From the NCBI GenBank assembly GCA_963663805.2, contig CAXXMR010000002.1:111949-175948 (forward strand): DNA of 64,000 nt. The letters are read 5' to 3'. Positions 1-9,238 of the stretch are shown here, piece after piece. The notes under the pieces are model-generated. The model worked only from the letters and a program-made list of their open reading frames with translations. It made no database searches and was not told the origin of the DNA. How positions within the stretch are numbered: the stretch's first letter is position 1; each line of letters opens with the position of its first letter. This DNA is from Sedimentisphaerales bacterium (GTDB taxonomy: Bacteria > Planctomycetota > Phycisphaerae > Sedimentisphaerales > SM23-30). The translations under genes and the position numbers were made by a program.

Positions 1-420
1 TCCGGCTGCGATAACAGCACCACATCCGATTTTCACCCCTCCCAACACAACACTGCGTGCACCAATCCAAACACCGTTGCCGATCTCTATCGGCATACTT
101 TTACCATTGCCTGCTCGTTGTTGACTTGCTCCCATTTCATGGCTTCCCACTACTAGGAGACATTTTGGTGCAATATCGCAGTTCGTACCAATTCGAATGT
201 GTGCTTTGGGAGAAGCGATTAACCAAGTATCGGGTCCGATCCAGGAATTAGAGCCAATTTCAACATTCTTATCTTCAAAAACAGCCTTACTGTGTACACG
301 AACATTCTTGCCTATTTTTAAACCGGCTCTTCTCAGCAACCATCGCTTCAGGCCAAATAAACGTGTTCTAGGAACAAATCTCAATATTGCCATCATAAAT
401 AAAAATTTGATAGTCGTCAT
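1..420 (-). CDS. hexapeptide-repeat (LbH) O-acetyltransferase, 3' end runs off the window
   Basis: Not in the ORF track. Manual translation from ATG 420: MTTIKFLFMMAILRFVPRTRLFGLKRWLLRRAGLKIGKNVRV...VEIGSNSWIG...IRIGTNCDIAP...GSHE...PIEIGNGVWIGARSVVLGGVKIGCGAVIAAG. Confidence 0.85.
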   Translation of the reverse strand, partial: MTTIKFLFMMAILRFVPRTRLFGLKRWLLRRAGLKIGKNVRVHSKAVFEDKNVEIGSNSWIGPDTWLIASPKAHIRIGTNCDIAPKCLLVVGSHEMGASQQRAGNGKSMPIEIGNGVWIGARSVVLGGVKIGCGAVIAAG

Positions 421-529
421 TCTCTTCTCAAATCAATGTTGAATTGCCCATAATAGCCACTTGGTCTCTATCCTCTAATTGCCAAATATGTCTTTCTTGC
501 AATAATGTAGTAAATGCTAAAGCAACTGT

Positions 530-1555
530 TCAACTTAATAGTATTCTGCGAGCATATTCTTTAAATCTTATGCTGGAAACTCGCGTAAGGAACAATCTGT
601 CCACCAAGTAACACTGTGCTATCACCGCCAAAATTGGGACAACATAGATTATTGGGAACAAAGTTAATGGGCCAATTTGTTTGAACCAGAAATTATGTAT
701 CCATAGTAATACCCAGTGCCAAAGATATAACCACATAGTATGAGAACCGACAAAGCGTACAAATCTACACCCTAATATAGCTACAATTCTGTCAGGAACA
801 AATAAAAGGCCACCCATAAGCAAGGTGCTAATTGCCAGCGCATAACTAAAATAACATATTCCCGGGGGAAACTTATCGAACTGAGTCCAAGGGAACGTGC
901 CATAAGAATAGTGTTGCACAACAGCATGGATGCCAAAGAAAGTTCCGAAAGTCAGCACGTAAAAAAGCCACTCAATCCAGCTCATATCCCCAGAACGCAT
1001 TCCATAAAATGCAATTGCACTGTATCCGATCAAATAAGGAATAACTAGGCCGATCACTCGTATTGGAATCTCGCCTTCACCGTCCGGAAAAAAATGACGC
1101 GCATATTCATTAATTGCTAACCATGCAAAGAATACAGATGCAAATCTACCTGGGCTAGACACCTTTTTATACAACCGAATCAATGGAGGAGTAAACAATG
1201 CGGTGAGAAAAAATACGCGAATGATCCATACTCCAACTGGGCCGCTGAGCAATGCAAAACTTCCGATGATATTTGCTGTGGGTACTGGATCCCAACAAGC
1301 CCTGATTGCTATAAATATCACTAGGAAAATCCATGTCGGAATCACCAAGCGAATGAAGCGATCAATTACATATTGCCTGTATGGGCGGGGTCGCGAGAAA
1401 CGCATAGCGCAAAACCCACCAACCATTACCAGCAGCGGCACGTCGAAATTGCGCAATTGAAACGCAAGGTTATCAGCTTTAATTCCACAATGAGCAAATA
1501 TTACAGCTGTTATTCCGACAAATCGCAAAATATCTAGTCGACAATCTCTTTCCAT
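530..1555 (-). CDS. membrane acyltransferase (Acyl_transf_3/OafA-like)
   Basis: N-terminal RDCRLDILRFVGITAVIFAH, VPLL, DRFIRLVIP, many TM segments, GSHTMWLYLWH. Confidence 0.8.
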   Translation of the reverse strand: MERDCRLDILRFVGITAVIFAHCGIKADNLAFQLRNFDVPLLVMVGGFCAMRFSRPRPYRQYVIDRFIRLVIPTWIFLVIFIAIRACWDPVPTANIIGSFALLSGPVGVWIIRVFFLTALFTPPLIRLYKKVSSPGRFASVFFAWLAINEYARHFFPDGEGEIPIRVIGLVIPYLIGYSAIAFYGMRSGDMSWIEWLFYVLTFGTFFGIHAVVQHYSYGTFPWTQFDKFPPGICYFSYALAISTLLMGGLLFVPDRIVAILGCRFVRFVGSHTMWLYLWHWVLLWIHNFWFKQIGPLTLFPIIYVVPILAVIAQCYLVDRLFLTRVSSIRFKEYARRILLS

Positions 1556-1629
1556 AATTGTTACTTATAAAAAAATTATGCTAGGTCTTAAATTACAGTA
1601 TAGTTATGAAAAAATCCGCTAGCCTTGTC

Positions 1630-3015
1630 TTATAAGCTTGCATTGTTTTTCATCCACTGCCAAGCAAGTGTGGGATAAATCCAGGCACACGTTAGGAGCA
1701 GACTGGCTAACATTGCTATGATCGCACCATTAGAACCCCACACTTTAGTTATGGGATAGATCGCAGCACCCAACATTAAGGTCTGCGCAACTAATGACAA
1801 AGATATCGAGCGAATTCGACCCACACCAACAACAAAAGAATTAAAAACCTGAACCCAGGCGTAAGCAACGGTAAAAACAGCGAATCCTGCAACCAAACCT
1901 CTGCTAATGCTTAACTCTTTTCTCGCAATCAATTCAAAGCCCCATTCACCTGCAATTACAGGAGCGGCAACAGCCACCACCGAGGCTGCGATACACAGAA
2001 CCAAAGTACGACGCAACGTTAGTTTCATCCAAACATAGTCGCCTTTTTCGTTTGCTTCAGCGTACGCAGGCCAAAGAGGGCCGACGACTATGCCCACAAC
2101 AAATCTTAGGTAACAGAACACTCTCTCTACAATGGCAAATGGTGCTACCACAGCAGCCCCTAGAGTATGCGCAATAGTCAAACGAGGTAGTGCTTCTTGG
2201 ATGGCTACAGCTATTTGCATGACAAGAAACCACCCACCAACAGAAGTTACTGATTTTGCGGTTGTCCAACTAAAATAGCGGATCGATGGCCTAATCTTTG
2301 GATGGCCACGCCAGAATAAGTGTACTCCATTACACAAGTCACTTAATATCGTGCCACTCATGAAAAAACCCACTAAGGCAGGCATATTTAATTTCAACTT
2401 TATACCTAAAAACATTAATATTAAACCCAAAACCGAACCACCACTTCGCCATATATTATTGATGTACTCCTCCTGATATGCTTTGTGAGTTGCCCGCACA
2501 ATATTAAGTGCAAAATCCACAGAATAAAGGACAACAACCACTGTCATGGTCGGCCCAGATTCAAGGCGAGCTAAAGAAGAAGTTGCGCCGAATATTCGCC
2601 CCCAATCCAAAAACAAATTCGCAACCTCGAAGATACTAAGAATGATAGCGGATACACACAATAGAGAAATAGATACACTGGTTACAAGTTTTCTTGCTTG
2701 CTCATTATGCTCTGTTTCTCGGAGTGCAGACAATTGACTAATCAACCCATTTCCTAACCCCAGATCCGTCACGCGAATTATCTGGACAGTGCCAACTATG
2801 GTCATCCAAATGCCAAATCGCTCATCTCCCAAGTAGGTTAAAGCGAGAGGTATAGATACCAGCCCTATAATAACCATCAAGAACCGATTGCCAGCAGCTG
2901 ACAGCGCTGTTCGGGCTGCACGACGATAACGGTCTTGGCTACGACCTGCGGCCGTGGAAAGATCGGGCTGTGGCGAAAAAACTAACTTACTAAGCTGTTT
3001 AATTCGTGAGATTAT
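1630..3015 (-). CDS. wzx: Wzx-like polysaccharide flippase; the track start 2880 is probably too short, likely ATA start at 3015
   Basis: Multi-TM MATE-like protein (YLGDERFGIW, DLGLGNGL). The frame is open upstream (...DLSTAAGRSQDRYRRAARTALS...) and AAGGAG lies 7 nt before ATA 3015. Confidence 0.8.
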   Translation of the reverse strand: MISRIKQLSKLVFSPQPDLSTAAGRSQDRYRRAARTALSAAGNRFLMVIIGLVSIPLALTYLGDERFGIWMTIVGTVQIIRVTDLGLGNGLISQLSALRETEHNEQARKLVTSVSISLLCVSAIILSIFEVANLFLDWGRIFGATSSLARLESGPTMTVVVVLYSVDFALNIVRATHKAYQEEYINNIWRSGGSVLGLILMFLGIKLKLNMPALVGFFMSGTILSDLCNGVHLFWRGHPKIRPSIRYFSWTTAKSVTSVGGWFLVMQIAVAIQEALPRLTIAHTLGAAVVAPFAIVERVFCYLRFVVGIVVGPLWPAYAEANEKGDYVWMKLTLRRTLVLCIAASVVAVAAPVIAGEWGFELIARKELSISRGLVAGFAVFTVAYAWVQVFNSFVVGVGRIRSISLSLVAQTLMLGAAIYPITKVWGSNGAIIAMLASLLLTCAWIYPTLAWQWMKNNASL

Positions 3016-3049
3016 ACCAAATCTCCTTAGACATAAAAAATATGATCGC

Positions 3050-4234
3050 TCAATTCTGCTCTGCGTTCAACCAGAACGCTTGTGTTAGCTTGTCCAAATA
3101 ACATTTCGTACTTTGTTGTCTTGAATATTTTTTTTCGGCTAGCTTTCTGGCTTCATACTTATGTGCTTTCAATATATCTGGTTCAGCAAAATAACTGCAA
3201 ATTGTGGTGGCCAGCTTTTCCGGACTTCGCGGAGGTATATTTGTTCCGCAGGGATAATCTCTGACCAGGTCCGCCAGTTCTGTGTTATCTGCGGTGACCG
3301 CCAGCAAGGCGGCGCCCGCCGCCAGGGTATAATAAGTTTTGGATGGTATCGAAACACCTTCGTAACCTTCGTCCAGGCAGACAATGCAGCAGTCACTGGC
3401 AGCCAGGGAATAAGGCAAGTCCTCCCAGGGCTGCAAATCCAACAGGGTGAGATTGTCAAGCTTCTTTTCGCGTACCATTTGTTCAACTTCCTGCTCCCTT
3501 GTGCCGCCTCCGATCAGCATAAAATGTACTTCGGGAGTATCACGCAGAAGCTCTGCCGCCCTGATTATGGATTCAATATCATGGGTTTTGCCAAAAGCTC
3601 CGCTGTAGGTAACAACCAGCTTGTCAACCAGGTTGTGTTTCCGCGCAAAAGGATTTTCTGATTTTGGCAGAGGACGAATAAAATCCGTATCCGCCCAGTT
3701 GGGGATGACATCAATATTTACATTATCCTCGCGTTGTAAATGCCCGCGTAAGGTATCGGCCATGTGGCTGCCCAGGGTTATTACGCCTTCTGCGTTCAAA
3801 AGCGATTTTCGACTTCGGTTCCGCCAGAAACGGGAAATAAAACCGCCGGAGCGGATCTTATCCATGCGCTCCATGACATCCGGGTATATGTCATAGATCA
3901 GCAAGCCGTAGCGCAGGCCGAATAGGCGCTTCAAAAAAGGGGCTGCCAGCATTACTAAAGGAGGGTTTGTGGTGATCAAAGCGGGCTTGTCGGTCCTTAT
4001 TAGTTTGACTAATGATGAAAGTGTAAATATCCCCCAGCTCCAGATCCGCTTCCATGCGGTGGTCTTATCAAGTCTTTTGGCCCATGCAATTTTATACGGC
4101 ACTTTGGATTCTGGGCTTATATCCGCCCATCCTGTTAATAATTCACATTCAACTCCGGCATTAGACATATCCTCCAGCAGTTGACACATCAATGGCCCCG
4201 AAACCTGATTAACTACTAATAAACGCTGCTTCAT
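3050..4234 (-). CDS. glycosyltransferase family 4
   Basis: TNPP, IYDIYPD, IPNWADT, YSGAFG, SIPSKTY motifs. Confidence 0.9.
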   Translation of the reverse strand: MKQRLLVVNQVSGPLMCQLLEDMSNAGVECELLTGWADISPESKVPYKIAWAKRLDKTTAWKRIWSWGIFTLSSLVKLIRTDKPALITTNPPLVMLAAPFLKRLFGLRYGLLIYDIYPDVMERMDKIRSGGFISRFWRNRSRKSLLNAEGVITLGSHMADTLRGHLQREDNVNIDVIPNWADTDFIRPLPKSENPFARKHNLVDKLVVTYSGAFGKTHDIESIIRAAELLRDTPEVHFMLIGGGTREQEVEQMVREKKLDNLTLLDLQPWEDLPYSLAASDCCIVCLDEGYEGVSIPSKTYYTLAAGAALLAVTADNTELADLVRDYPCGTNIPPRSPEKLATTICSYFAEPDILKAHKYEARKLAEKKYSRQQSTKCYLDKLTQAFWLNAEQN

Positions 4235-4283
4235 TTTTGCTGGAGTGAGATATAAAATTAATATAGGGTTGTATTGATAGGTT

Positions 4284-4324
4284 GTACCCCAGCCGCCAGC
4301 ATGATTGCCGACGGCTGAGGGTAC
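4284..4324 (-). other. long RNA hairpin immediately 3' of the FN3 gene
   Basis: Minus strand GTACCC-T-CAGCCGTCGGCA-ATCA-TGCTGGCGGCTG-GGGTAC. The mismatches become G-U pairs only on the minus strand. No U-tract follows. Confidence 0.6.
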
Positions 4325-4334
4325 GAATCTGGGT

Positions 4335-4943
4335 TTATAATACTGCCATGACCGTATTGCTTGGTTCGCCGTCCCCGGCTTTGTTGGTTGCTACAATCCG
4401 ATATTCTAGTTCTTTCCCGGTGGGTTGTTCGACCAGGGTGGCTTCGCTGACGACCGCGGTGGCAACATCCTGCCAGGGGCCTTCCGGTCTTTCCCGCCGC
4501 ATTACCTTATAAGCGGCTGGTTTGCCGCCGTCGGCGGGTTTTTTCCAGTCCAGGAATATCCAGCCCGCACCCTGCCGGGGAGCTTCCAGCAATCTTGTCT
4601 GGCCGGGTATCTGCAAGGCGGTCGCGGATTTTCGCCCGCCCCAGCCCAAGAGCTTAAGCTTGTCGTCATCAAAGTCGACCGTATTCTCGGCATACCTCAG
4701 ATCGCTTTTCATGGCTTCAACGAGTTCATCCAGGGCCGCGTCTTTGTCTGCGGTGGCCTGTTCCGCCGCGGCCTGGGCGGCTATCAGGGCGTTTTTGACG
4801 CTAAGATAAGTCGTTTGGCATACAGTCAGATCGACGGGTTCTACCGGCGGGGAAGGATAAATCCCGATATTGTCCGTCAGTCCGTTTACCAGTGCTTCTG
4901 CCAGTGCCACAATGTCAGCTTCTGTCTTGGGGAATCTTGCCAT
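4335..4943 (-). CDS. cytoplasmic protein: N-terminal helical region + C-terminal fibronectin type III domain
   Basis: FN3 signature LDWKKPADGG..AYKV...W...LEYRIVATNKAGDGEPSN; no signal peptide; GGAAGGA RBS. Confidence 0.8.
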   Translation of the reverse strand: MARFPKTEADIVALAEALVNGLTDNIGIYPSPPVEPVDLTVCQTTYLSVKNALIAAQAAAEQATADKDAALDELVEAMKSDLRYAENTVDFDDDKLKLLGWGGRKSATALQIPGQTRLLEAPRQGAGWIFLDWKKPADGGKPAAYKVMRRERPEGPWQDVATAVVSEATLVEQPTGKELEYRIVATNKAGDGEPSNTVMAVL

Positions 4944-5066
4944 AATCTACTTCCTTCCATTAAAAAAGAGTTAAACTATTAGCCCCGGCTACCGTTATGC
5001 CGGGTTTTGATCGCCGATTTTGTGGCCGTGTGCCAAAAATTAGATAAGTCCTTGTAAGTAATAGAT

Positions 5067-5345
5067 TTAAGCCGGTCCTGGCTCGTTTGCTCTGCCTCGG
5101 AGTAAGCTTACTTTGTCACAGGTCACGTCTGCTTTACCTCGGAGTAAGCTTACTTTACCACAGGTCACGTCTGCTTTGCCACGGAGTAAGCTTACTTTAC
5201 CACAGGTCACGTCTGCTCTGCCTCGGAGTAAGCTTACTTTACCGCAGGTTATGCTTACTTTACCTCGGAGTAAGCTTACCTTATCACAGGTTACGCTTAC
5301 TTTGTCACGGGTAAAATTTGCCTTATCACATAGAATAAGTATCAA
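5067..5345 (-). CDS. possible 92-aa repeat peptide (VTCGKVSLLRGKAD)n
   Basis: Its TTG overlaps the stop of the wecB remnant (TTGA). Several unit differences are synonymous in this frame, but two plus frames are also open. Confidence 0.3.
   Translation of the reverse strand: MILILCDKANFTRDKVSVTCDKVSLLRGKVSITCGKVSLLRGRADVTCGKVSLLRGKADVTCGKVSLLRGKADVTCDKVSLLRGRANEPGPA
5088..5339. repeat. about 6 x 42-bp tandem repeat (two related 21-bp halves) with the internal palindrome AGTAAGCTTACT
   Basis: Units start at 5088, 5130, 5172, 5214, 5256 and 5298 (last degenerate). Palindrome at 5101, 5143, 5185, 5227 and 5269 (last with one mismatch). Confidence 0.95.
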
Positions 5346-5701
5346 TCGCTTTGTGCTATTATTTCTGTGATTCGCTTTGCGGCCTTACCGTCCCAGAATT
5401 CAGGAATTCGGCCGCTGAGATTGAAACCTGCCGACTTGATTTGTTCATAGTTCGCCAGAATATCAGTCGTGGTGATATGCACTTTCTCGTCTGCCACACC
5501 TTCATTTTTGAGATTATCAAGCCCCGATTGTTCCGTCACAAACAGGAGGTCGCTGATCCGATCAGTCAGAACACGATTAATCTCTTTGGGCATATTCATA
5601 TCAAAACTCCGCAGGCCCGCCTCCACATGAATAAGCTTAACGCCCATCTTTACCGCCACCAGCCCGCAGGCGATAGTGCTGTTCACATCACCGACAACCA
5701 T
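5342..5701 (-). pseudogene. wecB: UDP-GlcNAc 2-epimerase remnant with N-terminal and internal deletions
   Basis: VVGDVNST, HVEAGLRSFD.MP.EINR and C-terminal IPEFWDGKAAKRI joined in only 119 aa. Confidence 0.85.
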
Positions 5702-5790
5702 TTCCCAAAGCCGTGTATTTAAGTAGATGTCGTTGCCGTTTAAAATCCGCGTAATCCGCTGCCAAATATTGTCGTTGTTTGTGCTGCTTT

Positions 5791-6792
5791 TTATCTATGT
5801 TCTTGCAGAATCTTTTCCTGCTGAGCGATTTTCATATCCGAATCGGTCATCATCTGGGCCAATTGTTTGAAGGTAACCTTCGGTTCCCAGCCCAGAATTT
5901 TCTTGGCTTTACTGCAATCGCCCAGCAGCAAATCAACTTCGGTTGGACGATAGTAACGCGGGTCAATCTCCACATATTTATTCCAGTCTAAATCGAGATG
6001 ACCAAATACCTCATCCAGAAATTCCCGCACCGAATGAGTTTCACCCGTAGAAACCACATAATCATCCGCCTTATCCTGCTGCAACATCAGCCACATCGCT
6101 TCCACATAATCACCCGCGAAGCCCCAATCCCGCTTGGCGTCCAGATTACCCAGATAAAGCTTGTTCTGCAAACCCAGTTTGATTCTCGTTGCCGCACGCG
6201 TAATCTTTCGAGTCACAAAAGTTTCACCGCGTCGGGGAGATTCATGATTGAAGAGAATACCGTTACAGGTAAACATATTATAAGCCTCACGATGATTTAC
6301 CGTCTGCCAGAAGCTGTAAACCTTCGCACAGCCATAAGGACTCCGCGGATAAAAAGGGGTCTCTTCGGTCTGAGGGGTTTCCAAAACCTTGCCGAACATT
6401 TCACTGCTCGAGGCCTGATAAAACCGCGGCGGACGCGCCATAGTGCGAATCGCCTCCAGCAACCGCAGCGTACCCAATGCGTCAACATTAACCGTATATA
6501 TCGGCTGGTCAAAACTTACCCGAACATGACTCTGGGCTGCCAGATTATAAACCTCGTCCGGATTAATATCGTTAAGTATCTGGTTCAGGTTCCCGCCGTC
6601 AGTAAGATCGCCGTAGATTAACTTCAACGCCGGCTTGTTATGCGGATCATCATAAAGATGGTCAATCCGCTCGGTATTGAACGATGAACTCCGCCGAATC
6701 AAACCATGAACCTCATAACCTTTTTCCAGCAGCAATTCCGCTAGATAAGAACCATCCTGACCCGTTATGCCTGTTATCAACGCTCTTTTCAT
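5791..6792 (-). CDS. gmd: GDP-mannose 4,6-dehydratase
   Basis: [48 protein letters not shown]. Confidence 0.97.
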   Translation of the reverse strand: MKRALITGITGQDGSYLAELLLEKGYEVHGLIRRSSSFNTERIDHLYDDPHNKPALKLIYGDLTDGGNLNQILNDINPDEVYNLAAQSHVRVSFDQPIYTVNVDALGTLRLLEAIRTMARPPRFYQASSSEMFGKVLETPQTEETPFYPRSPYGCAKVYSFWQTVNHREAYNMFTCNGILFNHESPRRGETFVTRKITRAATRIKLGLQNKLYLGNLDAKRDWGFAGDYVEAMWLMLQQDKADDYVVSTGETHSVREFLDEVFGHLDLDWNKYVEIDPRYYRPTEVDLLLGDCSKAKKILGWEPKVTFKQLAQMMTDSDMKIAQQEKILQEHR

Positions 6793-6803
6793 TTATTACC
6801 TCG

Positions 6804-7784
6804 TCAATTCTTGAAACTGTCTTGCCTTGCCAGAAAATCCTGATAAGCCCGCCCAATTCCTTCCTCCAGGCCAATCTCTGGTTTCCAGCCCAATGAAAAT
6901 ATCCGCGAACTGTCCATCAGCTTCTTGGGAGTACCGTCAGGTTTGGTCGTATCCCAAATCAGCTTACCTGTAAAGCCAACTATCCGGGCTACCGTCTCCG
7001 CCAGCTCTTTGATTGTCATATCACACCCGCTGCCGATATTCACCAGCGGAGCAACATCTTCATGCCCTACAAATTTACTGAATCTTTCATCATCCATATT
7101 CAGCAAAAACACACAGCCCGCCGCCAAATCCTGATTAAACAAAAATTCCCGATAAGGACTGCCCGTCCCCCATAACGTAACTGAATCCCGGCCCGCTTCC
7201 TTCGCTTCGTGCATTTTCCGAATCATTGCCGGCATGACATGCGAATTCTGCAAATCATAATTATCACCCGGCCCATATAGATTCGTCGGCATCGCCGCGA
7301 TATACCGTGTTTTATATTGACGATTGTAAGACCAGCACTGCTCGATCCCGCCAATTTTAGCTATGGCGTAAGGCCGATTCGTCGGCTCCAGATAGCCGCT
7401 GAGCAGATGTTCTTCTTTCATAGGCTGCGGTGCCATCTTCGGATAGATGCACGATGAACCTAAAAACAGCAGTCGTTTAACCCCAGCCAGATAAGCACTG
7501 TGAATTATGTTACACTGAATCATCATGTTCTCAAAATAGAACTGAGCCGGATAGGTGTTGTTCGCGATAATCCCGCCCACCTTGGCCGCCGCCAGAAAAA
7601 CATATTCCGGTTTGTTGGCCTCAAAAAACTCACGCGCCTCAGCCTGAACAGTCATGTCAACACCCGGAAACTCCGACGTGACAATATTCTCATAACCCAG
7701 CTCAGCCAACCGACGATAAATCGCCCCGCCCACCAAACCAGTATGCCCCGCTACATATATCTTCGCTTCTTTGTCCATAAACAT
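6804..7784 (-). CDS. fcl: GDP-L-fucose synthase
   Basis: IYVAGHTGLVG, AAAKVGGI, LGSSCIYP, YAIAK, PDGTPKK. Confidence 0.95.
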   Translation of the reverse strand: MFMDKEAKIYVAGHTGLVGGAIYRRLAELGYENIVTSEFPGVDMTVQAEAREFFEANKPEYVFLAAAKVGGIIANNTYPAQFYFENMMIQCNIIHSAYLAGVKRLLFLGSSCIYPKMAPQPMKEEHLLSGYLEPTNRPYAIAKIGGIEQCWSYNRQYKTRYIAAMPTNLYGPGDNYDLQNSHVMPAMIRKMHEAKEAGRDSVTLWGTGSPYREFLFNQDLAAGCVFLLNMDDERFSKFVGHEDVAPLVNIGSGCDMTIKELAETVARIVGFTGKLIWDTTKPDGTPKKLMDSSRIFSLGWKPEIGLEEGIGRAYQDFLARQDSFKN

Positions 7785-7786
7785 AA

Positions 7787-8839
7787 TTATACCCCGTAAA
7801 ACTCCCGATACCACTTAACAAACCGGGCGATACCTTCCTCAATCGGCGTATCTGGTTTGTAATCCAAATCTTCGCAAAGGTCCCTAACATCCGCCCAGGT
7901 TGCCGGCACATCGCCCATCTGCAGCGGCAGCATGTTCTTCTCGGCCTTCTTGCCAACGGCCTTTTCGATAGCCTCAATAAAACTCATCAACAGCACCGGC
8001 GAAGAATTACCAATATTATAAACCTTATACGGCGCCTTCGAACACGACGGGTCCGTCTCCGCCCCGCTCCATTTGGGATTACCCGCCGCCGGATTATCTA
8101 TCACCCGCACCACCCCTTCAACAATATCATCGATATAAGTAAAATCGCGTTTCATTTCCCCATAGTTAAACACATCGATAGGCTTATCTTCCAGAATCGC
8201 TTTCGTAAATAAAAATAACGCCATGTCAGGCCGTCCCCACGGACCATAAACCGTAAAGAACCGCAGCCCTGTCGTCGGCAGCCCAAACAAATGACTGTAG
8301 CAATGTGCCATCAGTTCATTACTCTTTTTGCTCGCCGCGTACAAACTCACCGGATGGTCCACATTATCCGAAGTCGAAAACGGCATCGCCTCGTTCAGCC
8401 CATAAACGCTCGAACTGCTCGCATACGCCAGATGCTCCACCTCATTATGCCGACACCCTTCCAGAATATTCACAAACCCCACCAGATTCGCGCTCACATA
8501 AGCCTGCGGATTCACCAGGCTGTACCGCACCCCCGCCTGAGCCGCCAGATTGCATACCCGGTCAAACTTCTCCGCCGCGAACAGCTTATCCAGATTCTCC
8601 TTATCCTCCAGCTGCATCTGCACAAAACGATAATTCGGATACTTCCCGCTGCTCAGTACCTTATTATACTCCAAAGCACCCGCGTCAATCCCGCACCGCT
8701 CCAGCCGACCCTGCTTGACCCGAACATCATAATAATCATTAACACTGTCCAGCCCCACCACCTCGTCACCCCGCTCCAGAAGCCGAACCGCCAAATGATA
8801 ACCAATAAACCCCGCCGTACCCGTCACTAATATTTTCAT
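7787..8839 (-). CDS. UDP-glucuronate 4-epimerase-like NAD-dependent epimerase
   Basis: LAAQAGVRYS, YASSSSVYG, SLYAASK, YGPWGRPDMA. Confidence 0.92.
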   Translation of the reverse strand: MKILVTGTAGFIGYHLAVRLLERGDEVVGLDSVNDYYDVRVKQGRLERCGIDAGALEYNKVLSSGKYPNYRFVQMQLEDKENLDKLFAAEKFDRVCNLAAQAGVRYSLVNPQAYVSANLVGFVNILEGCRHNEVEHLAYASSSSVYGLNEAMPFSTSDNVDHPVSLYAASKKSNELMAHCYSHLFGLPTTGLRFFTVYGPWGRPDMALFLFTKAILEDKPIDVFNYGEMKRDFTYIDDIVEGVVRVIDNPAAGNPKWSGAETDPSCSKAPYKVYNIGNSSPVLLMSFIEAIEKAVGKKAEKNMLPLQMGDVPATWADVRDLCEDLDYKPDTPIEEGIARFVKWYREFYGV

Positions 8840-8842
8840 CTT

Positions 8843-9238
8843 TTAACCTAAACTCTCTAAAGCACGTTTAGACTCAGAAATAAACGATTCTGCCTTGCCA
8901 ATGATTTCCAATGTCTGTTCTCTGGATATTTCAACAAACTCTCGATAGTCACAACGTTGCCGTAATTCAAATGCCTCGCGAAAATGTCGCCCAGACTCAA
9001 CCGAAATCTCACCGGTCTTAACAAAATTCTGACTAAAAAGACTCAGAACTCCGCTATGTTTACTGCTGCCCAGATGTTTAGCTGCCAGCAAACCCAATCC
9101 GCAATAGAACATCGCGTAATAAGCACGATTCACCGCATCCCGAAAATGACCTGACTCGCATAACTCCTTAGCCACAGCCAGGGTTTCCTGAGACTGCTCA
9201 AATCGATATTTAATCAGCTTATTTAGGTTTTCTGTCAT
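8843..9238 (-). CDS. HEPN domain protein (toxin-like)
   Basis: AVNRAYYAMF, KHSGV and RQRCDY motifs; ATG 9238 overlaps the MNT stop (ATGA). Confidence 0.88.
   Translation of the reverse strand: MTENLNKLIKYRFEQSQETLAVAKELCESGHFRDAVNRAYYAMFYCGLGLLAAKHLGSSKHSGVLSLFSQNFVKTGEISVESGRHFREAFELRQRCDYREFVEISREQTLEIIGKAESFISESKRALESLG

Noticed and set aside
5088..5339. CRISPR array
   Set aside because: There are no unique spacers (the whole 42-bp unit repeats) and no cas genes.
4273..5346. 7-bp inverted ends ATTGATA/TATCAAT around the FN3 cassette
   Set aside because: Too short and AT-rich to distinguish from chance, and there is no target duplication.
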